Positions 18,648 to 29,052 of a stretch of 64,000 nucleotides of DNA are shown piece by piece. Position numbers and translations under genes: made by a program. Location: positions 53,127 through 117,126 of the forward strand of contig CAZPMC010000001.1 of the NCBI GenBank assembly GCA_964587755.1, read 5' to 3'. The notes below the pieces were generated by a model, which made no database searches, had not been told where the DNA came from, and saw nothing but the letters and a program-made list of their open reading frames with translations. The DNA comes from an uncultured Oscillospiraceae bacterium. Lineage in GTDB: Bacteria > Bacillota > Clostridia > Acetivibrionales > DTU013. Each line of letters begins with the position of its first letter. Within the stretch, counting starts at the first letter, position 1.

Positions 18648-19418
18648 TTATTCAACTGTAATAAAATCCTTTATGCTGTCAAATCTGCCTTGCTTTATTC
18701 TGGGGACCTGCATAATGTCCTCTATTTTAGCAAAAGGCCCATACTTTTCTCTAAAAGCTATAATTGCTTTGGCAGTAGCCTCGCCCACTCCCGGCAAAGC
18801 ATCTAATTCATCAATACCGGCAGTGTTGATATTGACATGAGAGGTCTTAGTCTGGCTGCCTTTATTATCATACTCCCTGCTGTTTCCAAGCAACTGAGCA
18901 CTGTTTCCGCTGTCTTTCACTATTGCAGCGCCCTTTCCAACATTTACATCTGTCCCTGTCCCTTTTAAGTCCTCTGTCTCTTCATCCTCTGCCTCTTCAA
19001 TAGATTTAATATACACCATAGTATTTTCATTTAACTCATATACCATATTGATGCTGCTAGGATCAGCCTCGCAAGTCAATCCCCCTGCCTTTTCAACGGC
19101 ATCATAAAGCATCTGCCCTTTTTCGACCGTGACTATCCCAGGTTTTTTCACACAGCCCACCATATAGACCTTTATATATTCCTTCTCCTCTGCAATCTGA
19201 CCATTGCTGACGAATTCTTCATTAGGAGAATCACCCGGCATAACAACGTCATTACTTTCTTCACTTATAGCTGTATGATTTTCTTCGATAATTATGTCGC
19301 TGTCATCACTAAAAAAAATGTATCCAGTGAGGCAACCCAATAAGGCAATAATTGAAGCTGAAATCACCAGTGCTTCTTTTTTCATTTCTATCTGCCTGCC
19401 GAATAAATTTAACTTCAT
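18648..19418 (-). CDS. comEA: ComEA-like DNA-binding competence protein (SLBB plus helix-hairpin-helix)
   Basis: ORF 18648..19439. Start MKLNLF at 19418 follows RBS GGGGGTG. N-terminal TM. C-terminus NINTAGIDELDALPGVGEATAKAIIAFREKYGPF. Confidence 0.8.
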   Translation of the reverse strand: MKLNLFGRQIEMKKEALVISASIIALLGCLTGYIFFSDDSDIIIEENHTAISEESNDVVMPGDSPNEEFVSNGQIAEEKEYIKVYMVGCVKKPGIVTVEKGQMLYDAVEKAGGLTCEADPSSINMVYELNENTMVYIKSIEEAEDEETEDLKGTGTDVNVGKGAAIVKDSGNSAQLLGNSREYDNKGSQTKTSHVNINTAGIDELDALPGVGEATAKAIIAFREKYGPFAKIEDIMQVPRIKQGRFDSIKDFITVE

Positions 19419-19553
19419 AGCACACCCCCGATACTGCATATTTCTTCATTATGTTTAATATTCCTTTTATTTCCACTAATATTTTAAGAAATTTTAACTT
19501 TTATAATACATTATCTGCTATACTTTTATATATACAAAAAACCGGAGGTCAAA

Positions 19554-20831
19554 ATGAAAAGGTTATTGACATTGGCAATAATGCTTTTTGTGCTTTTCAC
19601 ACAAAGCAGCCTTGTATTTTCTCAGCCTCCGGCCATTGATGCCGGGGCATATATGTTATTAGATTTGGAAACAGGCGAGGTTCTTTTGGGGGAAAATTCC
19701 GATCAGCTACTATACCCGGCTAGTACAACAAAAATAATGACTGCCATACTCGCCCTTGAAAATGGTGATTTAGACGAGGTTATGACTGCAAGTCAAGCCG
19801 CTATAGATGATATTGGTGTCAACGGAAGCAATATCGGTATAATTGCAGGTGAGAAGATTAGACTTGAAAATCTTCTGCAGGCGCTCTTAATCAGCTCTGC
19901 CAATGAGTCCGCCAACATCATTGCAGAGCATATTGCCGAAAGCCGTGATGAATTCATCCGGCTGATGAATAAGAAAGCAAAGGATCTGGGCGCGTACAAT
20001 ACCCATTTTGCAAACGCCTGCGGCATCCACGATCCATCTCATTATACCACCGCCTCGGACATGGCAAAAATAGCAAGGTATGCCATGACATTCCCCAAGT
20101 TCAGAGAAATAGTCAGCACAAAAACATATACTATGCCTGCCACCAATAAGCATTCAAAATGGGAAACCCTTTCAAATACAAACAAGCTGATGATAAGTCA
20201 CAAAAGTGAGATATATGAAATCAACGGCCTTAAAACAGGCTTTACAGGGCCAGCAGGCCACTGTCTGATAGCGTCTGCAGTTAATAAAAACGGCATGGAG
20301 CTTATGTCCATTGTAATGGGAGTCAAAAATGAGGGTGCCAGGGAAAATGTGCAAAAATACTCCCAGGAGCTCCTTGACTACGGATTTGAGAATTTTAAAA
20401 AAATCACTCTTGTTGAAAAGGACAAGATCTACAGAAATGTTAAGGTTTTGGATGCAGTTGACATATACGGGCTGGATCTCATCACCTCCGATACCCTGAC
20501 ATGTGTCCTGCCAAAAGAAAAATCTCTTGATTATATCCAAGAGATTGCCCATATAACCGAAAACATTACTGCACCTGTAAACAAGGGTGATATTATGGGT
20601 TATGTGGAATACCTGAAAAACAGTATTCCCGTTGGCAGAATAACACTAACAGCTGCTAGATCAATCGAGCGTAAGGCCGATCCCATAACACCACTAGGTG
20701 TTGCAACAAAATTTTTCGACACCTTTTACGGAAAGCTATTGCTTTTCGTAAAAGGCTTTATTATATTCTTTATACTTCTTCGCGCAATTCTAAAAAGAAT
20801 TTCCCGCAGGGTCAATGCCAGGAGACACTAA
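19554..20831 (+). CDS. D-alanyl-D-alanine carboxypeptidase (peptidase S11, low-MW PBP)
   Basis: Signal peptide, SxxK as PASTTKIMT, SxN as ISSANE, C-terminal membrane anchor. Confidence 0.9.
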   Translation: MKRLLTLAIMLFVLFTQSSLVFSQPPAIDAGAYMLLDLETGEVLLGENSDQLLYPASTTKIMTAILALENGDLDEVMTASQAAIDDIGVNGSNIGIIAGEKIRLENLLQALLISSANESANIIAEHIAESRDEFIRLMNKKAKDLGAYNTHFANACGIHDPSHYTTASDMAKIARYAMTFPKFREIVSTKTYTMPATNKHSKWETLSNTNKLMISHKSEIYEINGLKTGFTGPAGHCLIASAVNKNGMELMSIVMGVKNEGARENVQKYSQELLDYGFENFKKITLVEKDKIYRNVKVLDAVDIYGLDLITSDTLTCVLPKEKSLDYIQEIAHITENITAPVNKGDIMGYVEYLKNSIPVGRITLTAARSIERKADPITPLGVATKFFDTFYGKLLLFVKGFIIFFILLRAILKRISRRVNARRH

Positions 20832-23275
20832 TTCTTTACAACTATATTTACCAGCTTATCCGGTACAGCAATGACCTTGATAACCGTTAAGCCGCTTAAA
20901 AGCTCCATGACCTTTTCATTTTTCATAACAGTCTCTTCAGTTTGCGTCTTATCAAGTCCTGAAGGTACCATAATCTTTTCTTTTATCTTTCCGTTGAGCT
21001 GTATTACTATCTCCACCTCATCAAGCACTAAAGCTGCTTCATCCCAGCTTGGCCATGGTTGGTTGAATATTGAATACGGATAGCCCATTTTCTCCCACAG
21101 CTCCTCAGCTAAGTGGGGTGCGAAGGGTGCAATAAGCAATAACATATCTTTTATTGTGTCTAAATACAGCTTCGTGTTTTTCACTTTAACAGAAGAATCG
21201 TATTTATAAAGTCCGTTAACAAGCTCCATAATCCTTGCAATAGAGGTGTTGAACTGGAATTTTTCTGCATCCTCACTAACTGATTTTATCGCATGGTTTC
21301 TAATGTAATTAAGCTCCTTCTCTGCCTGGCCAAATTGCGTCTGTCCTCCCTTTCCAATGGAAGCAGCGGCTTCAACAAGTCTTTCAACTCTCCCGGCAAA
21401 CCTGGCAATTGCTTTTATTCCATCCTCACTCCATGGCCCGCCTTCAGTGTATGCAAATCCAAATGCCAGATACATTCTGAAAACATCAGAACCATGCTCC
21501 TTAATATAATCATCGGGAGATACGGTATTTCCTTTTGATTTGCTCATTTTATTCCCGTCAGGGCCAAGTATTGTCCCCTGGTGAACAAGGGAAAGGAAGG
21601 GCTCATCAAAATGCAGAAACCCCATGTCACGCAATGCCTTTGTGATAAATCTGGCATAAAGCAAATGCATTGCAGCATGCTCGGCACCACCGACATATTT
21701 GTCTACAGGTAATATCTTATCTATCCATTCTGTGTCAAATGCCTTTTCATCGTTCCTGTTATCGGGGTATCTTAAATAGTACCAGGATGAGCACACGAAG
21801 GTGTCAAGGGTATCCGGGTCTCTCTTAGCAGCGGCGCCGCATTTGGGACATGACACGTTTATAAACTCATCACATTTTGCAAGAGGGGATTCACCGTCAG
21901 GCTTAAATTCCACATCGTACGGAAGCTCAACAGGCAAATCCTTTTCAGGCACAGGCACCTCACCGCATTTTTCACAATGAATAATGGGAATCGGAGCGCC
22001 CCAGTAGCGTTGTCTGGAAACCAGCCAGTCCCTGAGTCTATAGTTTACTTTCATTTCTCCCTTGCTTTGTTTGCTCAGTTTTTCTACAATGCCTTTTATT
22101 GCATCTTCCGATCTGACTCCGGTAAACTCTGCGCTATCGGTCAGTACTCCATATTCCACAAAGGGAAGGGCGTCTGCCCCTTCTTCACCCTTTATAACAC
22201 GTTTTATGGGTAAACCGTACTTTGTCGCAAATTCAAAGTCTCTCTCATCATGGGCAGGAACAGCCATGACGCATCCTGTTCCATAGCCGCCCAGAACATA
22301 GTCAGCAATCCAAACCGGCACCTTTTCGCCGTTTACAGGATTGATAGCGTATGCCCCGGTAAAGACACCTGTCTTTTCCCTGACTGTGGAGAGCCTTTCT
22401 ATATCAGTCTGCTTTCTTGTAGCTTCTCTATAACTTTCAACAGCAGCCTTGTTTTCTTCTGTAGTTATTTTGTCAACCAGCTCATTTTCAGGTGCCAGTA
22501 CAACATATGTCACTCCGAAGAGTGTATCTGCACGGGTTGTAAACACCTTGAATGAAAAGCTTCCGTCAGCACCTTCAAATGTAATCTCTGCACCTTCGGA
22601 TCTTCCGATCCAGTTTTGCTGTATTTTCTTTGTTTTCTCAGGCCAGTCAAGACTCAGGAGACAGTCGAGAAGCTCCTGTGCATATGCTGTTATTCTGAAA
22701 AACCATTGTGTAAGATCCTTTTTTGTAACTTCATTTTTACATCTTTCACAGGTTCCATTATCCACCTGCTCATTTGCTAAAACAGTCTGACAACTGGGAC
22801 ACCAATTAACCGGTGCCTTCTTTCTATATGCCAGGCCATTTTCATAAAGCTTCAGGAAAACCCACTGGGTCCATTTATAGTATTCAAGGTCACATGTGCT
22901 CAGTTCGTAATTCCAATCGTATGTGGCACCCATTTTTTTAAGCTGGACTTCCATAGTCTCTATGTTTTTATATGTAGAGTCCTTTGGGTGAATACCTGTC
23001 TTTATAGCATAATTTTCAGCCGGCAGGCCAAATGCATCAAAGCCCATGGGATGGAACACATTATAGCCTTGCAATCTCTTTAATCTTGCCCAACTGTCGG
23101 CAAGGGCAAAATTATACCAATGGCCTATGTGAAGATTTGCGGCCGAAGGGTAAGAAAACATTTCAAGACAATATAGCTTTTTATCAGTGTTTTCAGGGTC
23201 GAACTTATAAAGCTCAGTTTCTTCCCATTTTTTTTGCCATTTTTCATCTATTTTTGTTGAGTAAGACAAATTCAA
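20828..23275 (-). CDS. leuS: Leucyl-tRNA synthetase
   Basis: 815 aa. HIGH-type motif (ANLHIGH), KMSKS, CP1 editing domain. TTG start follows RBS AAAGGAG. Confidence 0.97.
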   Translation of the reverse strand: MNLSYSTKIDEKWQKKWEETELYKFDPENTDKKLYCLEMFSYPSAANLHIGHWYNFALADSWARLKRLQGYNVFHPMGFDAFGLPAENYAIKTGIHPKDSTYKNIETMEVQLKKMGATYDWNYELSTCDLEYYKWTQWVFLKLYENGLAYRKKAPVNWCPSCQTVLANEQVDNGTCERCKNEVTKKDLTQWFFRITAYAQELLDCLLSLDWPEKTKKIQQNWIGRSEGAEITFEGADGSFSFKVFTTRADTLFGVTYVVLAPENELVDKITTEENKAAVESYREATRKQTDIERLSTVREKTGVFTGAYAINPVNGEKVPVWIADYVLGGYGTGCVMAVPAHDERDFEFATKYGLPIKRVIKGEEGADALPFVEYGVLTDSAEFTGVRSEDAIKGIVEKLSKQSKGEMKVNYRLRDWLVSRQRYWGAPIPIIHCEKCGEVPVPEKDLPVELPYDVEFKPDGESPLAKCDEFINVSCPKCGAAAKRDPDTLDTFVCSSWYYLRYPDNRNDEKAFDTEWIDKILPVDKYVGGAEHAAMHLLYARFITKALRDMGFLHFDEPFLSLVHQGTILGPDGNKMSKSKGNTVSPDDYIKEHGSDVFRMYLAFGFAYTEGGPWSEDGIKAIARFAGRVERLVEAAASIGKGGQTQFGQAEKELNYIRNHAIKSVSEDAEKFQFNTSIARIMELVNGLYKYDSSVKVKNTKLYLDTIKDMLLLIAPFAPHLAEELWEKMGYPYSIFNQPWPSWDEAALVLDEVEIVIQLNGKIKEKIMVPSGLDKTQTEETVMKNEKVMELLSGLTVIKVIAVPDKLVNIVVKN

Positions 23276-23293
23276 CAGCTCCTTTAAAATATT

Positions 23294-23641
23294 TTAATCA
23301 CTGTCAGGTGTCAAAAATTTACCGTCGGACCAAAGCCTTTCTAAATTATAAAAGCTTCTGTCTTCCTCATGGAATATGTGCACCACCAGTTCTCCAAAAT
23401 CTAATAAAATCCATCTGGCACTGTTATATCCCTCTTTGTGGAGCAAATTGCAACCTGCTTCCTCCATTTTTTCCTCCAGCTCATCGGCAAGAGTTTTGAT
23501 ATGAGTGACAGATGTACCGCTTGATATTATGAAATAGTCAGCAAGGATAGAAACATCTGATATATCAATGAGTTCTATATTTCTTGCCTTTTTATCCTCC
23601 AATATCTCATAGGCTTTCTTGGCGATTTTTCCTATTTCCAA
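23294..23641 (-). CDS. rsfS: Ribosome silencing factor RsfS
   Basis: 115 aa. ADYFIISSGTSVTHIKTLADEL...WILLDFGELVVHIF...YNLERLW. Confidence 0.9.
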   Translation of the reverse strand: MEIGKIAKKAYEILEDKKARNIELIDISDVSILADYFIISSGTSVTHIKTLADELEEKMEEAGCNLLHKEGYNSARWILLDFGELVVHIFHEEDRSFYNLERLWSDGKFLTPDSD

Positions 23642-23761
23642 ATAACAATCCTCCTAAACACTATTATACAGAGCATTCTTTACGCTACTCTGTTTTGATT
23701 TTATATTATACCACTAAAGCGCTTACTTTGGAAATAAAAAACCACAGTTTTTGTCTGCCTT

Positions 23762-24142
23762 TTAGCCCTCTTGCTTCTTTTTATACTTGCCCTTCCGGAA
23801 CATTTCATATACACTCATAGCAGTCAAAAACACTCCAAAAAGCCTTTTTAATTTTTCTCCGTCAAACCGCGCAGCCAGCCAGGAGCCAAAAAGCGCGCCA
23901 CAAAGTCCAAAGGCTATAATAGGCAATGCCATTTTAAAATCAATTTTCTTATTCTTAATATGTATTATTAAGGCAATAACAGCAGTAGGTATAAAAAAAA
24001 GCAAATTAACACTCTGGGCGATATGCTGCTCCGGGTTTACTGCAAGAACAAGGGCAGGTATTAAAATCGCCCCTCCTCCTATACCCATTCCGCTTACAGT
24101 ACCTGAAGCCATACCAATTAGAAAAAGTATAAATGTATTCAT
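23762..24142 (-). CDS. TSUP (TauE/SafE) family half-size membrane protein, C-terminal-half equivalent
   Basis: 126 aa, about 4 TM, motif GMGIGGGAILIPALV. ATGA overlap with the upstream half. Confidence 0.7.
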   Translation of the reverse strand: MNTFILFLIGMASGTVSGMGIGGGAILIPALVLAVNPEQHIAQSVNLLFFIPTAVIALIIHIKNKKIDFKMALPIIAFGLCGALFGSWLAARFDGEKLKRLFGVFLTAMSVYEMFRKGKYKKKQEG

Positions 24143-24540
24143 AAAATCATCTTTATTCCGGCAATAGCCATAAAAACTGCGAATATTTTCCGAAGCAGCT
24201 TGTCAGGACATACATTAAGCAATTTAGCACCTAAATAACCACCTGCAAGTCCGCCTAGCACTACCTTGAGTGTCAAACCCCAGTCTGCATATCCCTTAGA
24301 GATATAATAAACAGAGCTTACAACAGTAAGAGGAAGTATAACTGAAATAGCTGTCGCATGGGCTCTATGCTCCTCCACATCCAGCAGATGGACCATGGAA
24401 GGAACAACTATACACCCGCCTCCCGAACCAAACAGTCCGTTAGCCGTACCCGTAATAACCCCTATCACTGCATATTTAATATATTTTAATGTTTTGCTTT
24501 TTTTATTTCCCAATTTATTAAACCACGCCCTCCCGAGCAA
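24139..24540 (-). CDS. TSUP (TauE/SafE) family half-size membrane protein, N-terminal-half equivalent
   Basis: 133 aa, about 4 TM, motif GLFGSGGGCIVVPSMV. Confidence 0.7.
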   Translation of the reverse strand: MLGRAWFNKLGNKKSKTLKYIKYAVIGVITGTANGLFGSGGGCIVVPSMVHLLDVEEHRAHATAISVILPLTVVSSVYYISKGYADWGLTLKVVLGGLAGGYLGAKLLNVCPDKLLRKIFAVFMAIAGIKMIL

Positions 24541-24700
24541 AATTAAATTAAATCACATAATACTATTGTTATACTATCCTCATCATTTATTCAAAAGACT
24601 CCCGCAAAAAATTGTTAAAGGCCAGACAAATTTAATCCATTTCAAGTATACTGTTAAAGAATACTGTGCTAAAATCAATGATAGTTAAAGGAGTGATATT

Positions 24701-26659
24701 TTGAGAAGAAAAGTACTTGTTTTGCTATTGCTTGCAGTCATCCTAATACCGGTTTCAGCATTTTGGCAAACAGCATTTGCACAAAACAGATCCGATGAGG
24801 TTATTAAATACATCATAAATGTAAAAATCACTCCCGATGGCAATGCCCACATTGAGGAAAGATTGACCTACAAATATATAGGTGATTTTAACGGTACTCT
24901 TCGTTATGTGGATTTCTCCGAAACCAACGGAATAGAGAATATTGAGGTGTTTGTGGAAAAGAACGGCTCCTTGGAAAAGTGGACTCTCAACTCCACCACA
25001 TACCTTGATGAAAACAGCGGACCCGGCACATTCAACCTTGTTTTCGATGACGAAATTGCCAGGTTTAAGATTTTCGAAAAATCATCAAATGAAGAAAAGA
25101 CTTATATCATTAAATATACATTTAAAGATGTTGTTACAAAATACAACGACATAGCCGAATTCAACAGAAAAATAGTTGACTCCGACTGGAGTGTCGTTCT
25201 TAACAATATATCTATTAATTACTCTCTCCCCTCTGGTGCTCAAAAAGAGGAGCTTAAAGTTTTCGGCCACGGTCCCCTTATAGGCGAATCAAGAATAATA
25301 GATGGTGAGAATGTCCAATTCACCATTGATTACATATATCCCGGCAGCGGTGTCGAGACACTTGTTCTGTTTCCCACAAGGCTTGTGCCCGATGCTAAAA
25401 CGATTGTTTCAAGGGACGCTTTGCCAGATATAATGGCCAACGAAAAGCGCCTTGCAGAAGAGGCTAACCGTCAAAGAGAAGAGGCTAAAAAGCAGGTGGA
25501 GGAATATGAAAAAAGACGGCAGGCTGAAGAAGTAAGACGCCAGAAGGAAGAAGCCAGAATTGCGGCCTTGAAGCCTTGGGGCAATTCTATCGCTGTAATC
25601 CTATTCTTTATTTGGTTTGCTCCTTTAGCTTATCTTTACCGCAAATACGATAAAGAGCCTAAACCATCCTTTGAAGGCAAATACTTCAGAGAGCTTCCGG
25701 GAGAATACACTCCTGCCGAGATGAGCTCGCTGCTTTCTATGGGTCCGATACAAACAAGAGACATTACTGCAACCTTGATGGATTTGATCAGAAAAGAGCA
25801 GCTGATTCTTACAACCAACAAATATATTAAAAAAGGTATTTTTAAGGATAAGGAAATGACAGACTACGTTGTTTCCCGGAATGAAAATGCCCCCACAGTC
25901 AGCCTTAAAAGTCACGAATTGTTTTTGATAAACTGGTTTATCGGCACTATAGGAAACGGAAGCAGCATTGTGCTTGATGAAATATCTGATTATACAAAAT
26001 CCACCTCTGGTGCCAGACAATTTAAAAGGGATTATGACAAATGGTGCAAGCTTGCCAGGGAAGAGGCGGATAAAAATGACTTCTTTGATTTGACCAGCAA
26101 AAAAGGCAGAGGTATCGGTATTCTTGTTGCTTTAGCATATCTGGTGCTTGGAATAATTATTTCTTCTGTTTTTAAAACAGGAATAGGCGTCATATTAATG
26201 ATACAGTTTTTCATACTTTTGATTTTCTCAGCGAGAATAAACAGACGCACCCAGTACGGCAGTGAGCAGAAAGCAATGTGGAAGGCATTTAAAAACTTTT
26301 TGAAAGAATTCAGCCATTTGGACAGGGCTGAAATTCCCTCGATTGTTATTTGGGAGCATTATCTGGTTTATGCTATTTCACTTGGAGTGGCAAAGGAAGT
26401 AATAAGCCAGCTTCCGATAGTATTTACCGATGATGACCTTCAAAATGCACACCTTACCTATTTGCACGGTTATAATATGCACAGCTTTGCTGTATTCTCT
26501 GATACCTTTGATAAGACTATCGCATCGGTTGACAGCGCCATCAGCAGTGCAATGTCTGTAGCAAATTCCACACTGTCCTCCTCTTCCGGAGGTGGTGGAG
26601 GCTTCAGTGGAGGCAGCTCCGGCGGCGGAGGTGGTAGAGGTGGTGGCGGCTCTTTTTAG
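24701..26659 (+). CDS. DUF2207-type membrane protein with Gly-rich C-terminal tail
   Basis: 652 aa. Signal peptide, extracytoplasmic N-domain, charged coiled region (EEANRQREEAKKQVEEYEKRRQAEE), TM helices, tail SSSGGGGGFSGGSSGGGGGRGGGGSF. Classic partner of LemA. Confidence 0.7.
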   Translation: MRRKVLVLLLLAVILIPVSAFWQTAFAQNRSDEVIKYIINVKITPDGNAHIEERLTYKYIGDFNGTLRYVDFSETNGIENIEVFVEKNGSLEKWTLNSTTYLDENSGPGTFNLVFDDEIARFKIFEKSSNEEKTYIIKYTFKDVVTKYNDIAEFNRKIVDSDWSVVLNNISINYSLPSGAQKEELKVFGHGPLIGESRIIDGENVQFTIDYIYPGSGVETLVLFPTRLVPDAKTIVSRDALPDIMANEKRLAEEANRQREEAKKQVEEYEKRRQAEEVRRQKEEARIAALKPWGNSIAVILFFIWFAPLAYLYRKYDKEPKPSFEGKYFRELPGEYTPAEMSSLLSMGPIQTRDITATLMDLIRKEQLILTTNKYIKKGIFKDKEMTDYVVSRNENAPTVSLKSHELFLINWFIGTIGNGSSIVLDEISDYTKSTSGARQFKRDYDKWCKLAREEADKNDFFDLTSKKGRGIGILVALAYLVLGIIISSVFKTGIGVILMIQFFILLIFSARINRRTQYGSEQKAMWKAFKNFLKEFSHLDRAEIPSIVIWEHYLVYAISLGVAKEVISQLPIVFTDDDLQNAHLTYLHGYNMHSFAVFSDTFDKTIASVDSAISSAMSVANSTLSSSSGGGGGFSGGSSGGGGGRGGGGSF

Positions 26660-26728
26660 AACCGTTGGTTTAATTGGCAACATTCTATCGGCAAAAGCCG
26701 GTAGGTGAAATAAAGGAGGATTGGAAAT

Positions 26729-27283
26729 ATGCCGTTTCTATTTATTGTAATTGTATTCGTAATTGCAGCTTTGGCTCTGTTCGCCATTAGTACTTACAAT
26801 GGTCTCGTCAGAAAGCGCAACAAGGTTTTAAACTCCTGGAGTCAGATAGATGTTCAGCTTAAAAGAAGATTTGATTTGATTCCTAACTTGGTTGAAATTG
26901 TAAAGGGTTATGCTGCTCATGAGAGTCAGACCTTTGAGAAGGTCATCGAAGCAAGGACAAAGTACTTGTCGGCAGGAAGCCACCAAGATGCAATGAAAGC
27001 CAACAATGATTTATCCCAGAGCTTAGGAAGGCTGTTTGCAGTTAGTGAAGCTTATCCGGAACTTAAAGCAAACACCAATTTTCAAGAGCTTCAAAGGGAA
27101 TTGTCAAAGACTGAGGACAAAATTAGCTTCTCCCGTCAGTTCTATAATGATGTAACCTTAGACTACAACAATGCGGTTCAGATGTTCCCATCCAGTATTT
27201 TTGCAAATATGTTTAACTTCACAGAAGAACCCTTCTTCAGAGCTGATGAAAATGAAACTGCCGCACCGCAAATTAAATTCTGA
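26729..27283 (+). CDS. lemA: LemA family protein
   Basis: 184 aa. N-terminal TM then YNGLVRKRNKVLNSWSQIDVQLKRRFDLIPNLVE...YPELKAN. Confidence 0.9.
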   Translation: MPFLFIVIVFVIAALALFAISTYNGLVRKRNKVLNSWSQIDVQLKRRFDLIPNLVEIVKGYAAHESQTFEKVIEARTKYLSAGSHQDAMKANNDLSQSLGRLFAVSEAYPELKANTNFQELQRELSKTEDKISFSRQFYNDVTLDYNNAVQMFPSSIFANMFNFTEEPFFRADENETAAPQIKF

Positions 27284-27289
27284 TAGAAA

Positions 27290-27330
27290 CAAAAAAGCCG
27301 CTTCCAAGCACAAAGAAGCGGCTGATTCTA
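27290..27330. terminator. Bidirectional intrinsic terminator
   Basis: AAAAAAGCCGCTTC-N10-GAAGCGGCT between the convergent lemA and 27355..27822 genes. Confidence 0.7.
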
Positions 27331-27354
27331 TTAAACGAAGGGGCATATGTGTTT

Positions 27355-27822
27355 CTAATAGCAGACAAAGGACGAGATACGATTGATGTCTATTCCAAAA
27401 TAAACCCAGTTAAATCCGGTCCAGCGCCAGCCTGCAACTGAGTTTCTTCCCGTGAATACCAGCCAAGCCCAGAACTGTCGCCCATTATCAAGCCATATAT
27501 AGACAAATCTAAATCTACACGGTCTGATGGCTCCGGGATCAACTGCAAATATACCTGCTTGCTGAGCAGCCGAAACAGAAGGAGTAAACGCTGGCGGACG
27601 TCCGGGAGGAGGTCCTAAACCTGCCCCGCCGCCTGGGGGGCCAAATGGTGGAGGCCCCTGCCCTTGACCCGGTGGAAAGAATCCCGGTCCTTGCCCCGGA
27701 GGGAAAAATCCCGGTCCTTGCCCTGGAGGGAAAAACTGCCCGCCCGGAAATGTACCAAAAAATCCGCCTTCCGGGCCACCAAAAGGAGGTTGTGGCTGAC
27801 GTACTACAATATAATCCTGCAT
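27355..27822 (-). CDS. Hypothetical protein: P/G/F-rich repeat N-terminus plus conserved-looking W/R/F-rich C-terminal domain
   Basis: 155 aa. MQDYIVVRQPQPPFGG..., three FFPPGQG(P/Q)G units, then IRPCRFRFVYIWLDNGRQFWAWLVFTGRNSVAGWRWTGFNWVYFGIDINRISSFVCY. Confidence 0.55.
   Translation of the reverse strand: MQDYIVVRQPQPPFGGPEGGFFGTFPGGQFFPPGQGPGFFPPGQGPGFFPPGQGQGPPPFGPPGGGAGLGPPPGRPPAFTPSVSAAQQAGIFAVDPGAIRPCRFRFVYIWLDNGRQFWAWLVFTGRNSVAGWRWTGFNWVYFGIDINRISSFVCY
27655..27735 (-). repeat. 3 x 27-nt in-frame tandem repeat (encodes FFPPGQGPG units)
   Basis: Visible at protein level (aa 30-56). At DNA level the unit GGAAAxAATCCCGGTCCTTGCCC(C/T)GGA repeats on the plus strand. Confidence 0.6.
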
Positions 27823-27977
27823 ACTATTTCACTCCCTAGGTAAGTCTGTTATAGAATATGCTTCCACAACAGAAAAGGTTACATAACAACTTAACACTTT
27901 TATGCAGGCCTTATTATAAGGAAATCACCCTCCACATCTACCAATACATGTGAATCCATATCATCTGTCACCTCCAA

Positions 27978-28928
27978 TTACTTATGGGAAGGAGAAATTT
28001 CCCTAAGCTTTTTATATAATTCCATCTGCTCTTTATTTAGCTTGTCTGGGTTTATCAGTTTTACCCTTAAGAACAGGTCACCTCTTTTGCCCGTTTTATC
28101 CTTGTACCCCTTTGCTGGTACTCTTATCCTGCTGTCTGTTTTTATTCCTGCTGGGATTTTTACTAGTATTTTACCGTCTAATGTAGAAACCGTTACCTCA
28201 GTTCCAAGTGCTGTTTCCCAAGGATACAGCTCAATTGGGGATACAATATTAAGCCCCTCCAATTCATAGGAATTATCCCGCTTAAATTCCACTCTCAAAT
28301 ATAGATCGCCGTTTTGTCCTCCGTTGAACCCTAGACCCCCTTGTCCGGCCAGCTTTATTTTCTCTCCAGGCATAATTCCTGCAGGTATCTTAAGAGAAAT
28401 TGTTTTATCTTTACTTGCTCCCCTAAAAGTAAACATCCTTTCGGCTCCTGAAAATCCTTCCTCGATACTTATTTCCAGCACTGCCTCCCTGTCCTCACCC
28501 TTCATCCGGGCGCTTCGGGTAAAGGGGCTTCTACCCCTTTTTTGACCGAATATACTGTCTGAACCAAAGGAATCAAAGGGACTTCCTCCTCCGAAAAACA
28601 TGTTAAAAAAATCGCTGAAGTCGGAATTACCACCAGTAGAATATTCATATCTGATATTGGGCCCAAAACCATACTGAGACGGGTCAAAATCCGCACCATT
28701 ATAGAACTGACCCGCGCTGCCGAATTGGTCGTATTTTTTTCTTTTTTCTTCGTCTCCGAGAACCTCGTAAGCTTCATTGGCCTCCTTAAACTTCTCTTCA
28801 GACACTTTATCACCTGGATTTGCATCGGGGTGATACTTCTTTGCAAGCTTTCTGTATGCTTTTTTTATCTCATCCTGAGTCGCTTTCTTATCAACACCCA
28901 GTATTTTGTAGTAATCCTTAAACTTCAT
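27978..28928 (-). CDS. DnaJ-class co-chaperone without zinc finger (CbpA-like)
   Basis: J domain [32 protein letters not shown] region, two C-terminal beta domains. No CxxCxGxG repeats. Confidence 0.85.
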   Translation of the reverse strand: MKFKDYYKILGVDKKATQDEIKKAYRKLAKKYHPDANPGDKVSEEKFKEANEAYEVLGDEEKRKKYDQFGSAGQFYNGADFDPSQYGFGPNIRYEYSTGGNSDFSDFFNMFFGGGSPFDSFGSDSIFGQKRGRSPFTRSARMKGEDREAVLEISIEEGFSGAERMFTFRGASKDKTISLKIPAGIMPGEKIKLAGQGGLGFNGGQNGDLYLRVEFKRDNSYELEGLNIVSPIELYPWETALGTEVTVSTLDGKILVKIPAGIKTDSRIRVPAKGYKDKTGKRGDLFLRVKLINPDKLNKEQMELYKKLREISPSHK

Positions 28929-28987
28929 TTTCCCACCTCGCCGCCGGAGAATAATCGTTGACTTTGACTTTCTTTGACCTATACCAT

Positions 28988-29017
28988 ATTATACATCTAT
29001 ACTGCATGATTAATCAA
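28988..29017 (-). promoter_or_regulatory. Candidate sigma-A promoter of the dnaJ-like gene
   Basis: TTGATT-18 nt-TATAAT on the minus strand. Confidence 0.45.
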
Positions 29018-29052
29018 TATAATTTCCCGTTTTTTTAAAAATATATCAGATG

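Noticed and set aside
23276-23293. Looked for a Leu T-box upstream of leuS
   Set aside because: Only 18 nt separate the rsfS stop and the leuS start. leuS is apparently co-transcribed with rsfS, so no leader RNA is possible here.
23787-24688. Plus ORFs 23787..24167 and 24395..24688
   Set aside because: They are antisense to the two TSUP half-genes. The mirror-image hydrophobic composition is typical of shadow ORFs.
25625-26683. Minus ORFs inside the DUF2207 gene (25625..26020, 26032..26250, 26378..26683)
   Set aside because: They are antisense shadows. 26378..26683 is produced by the GGN-rich tail on the coding strand.
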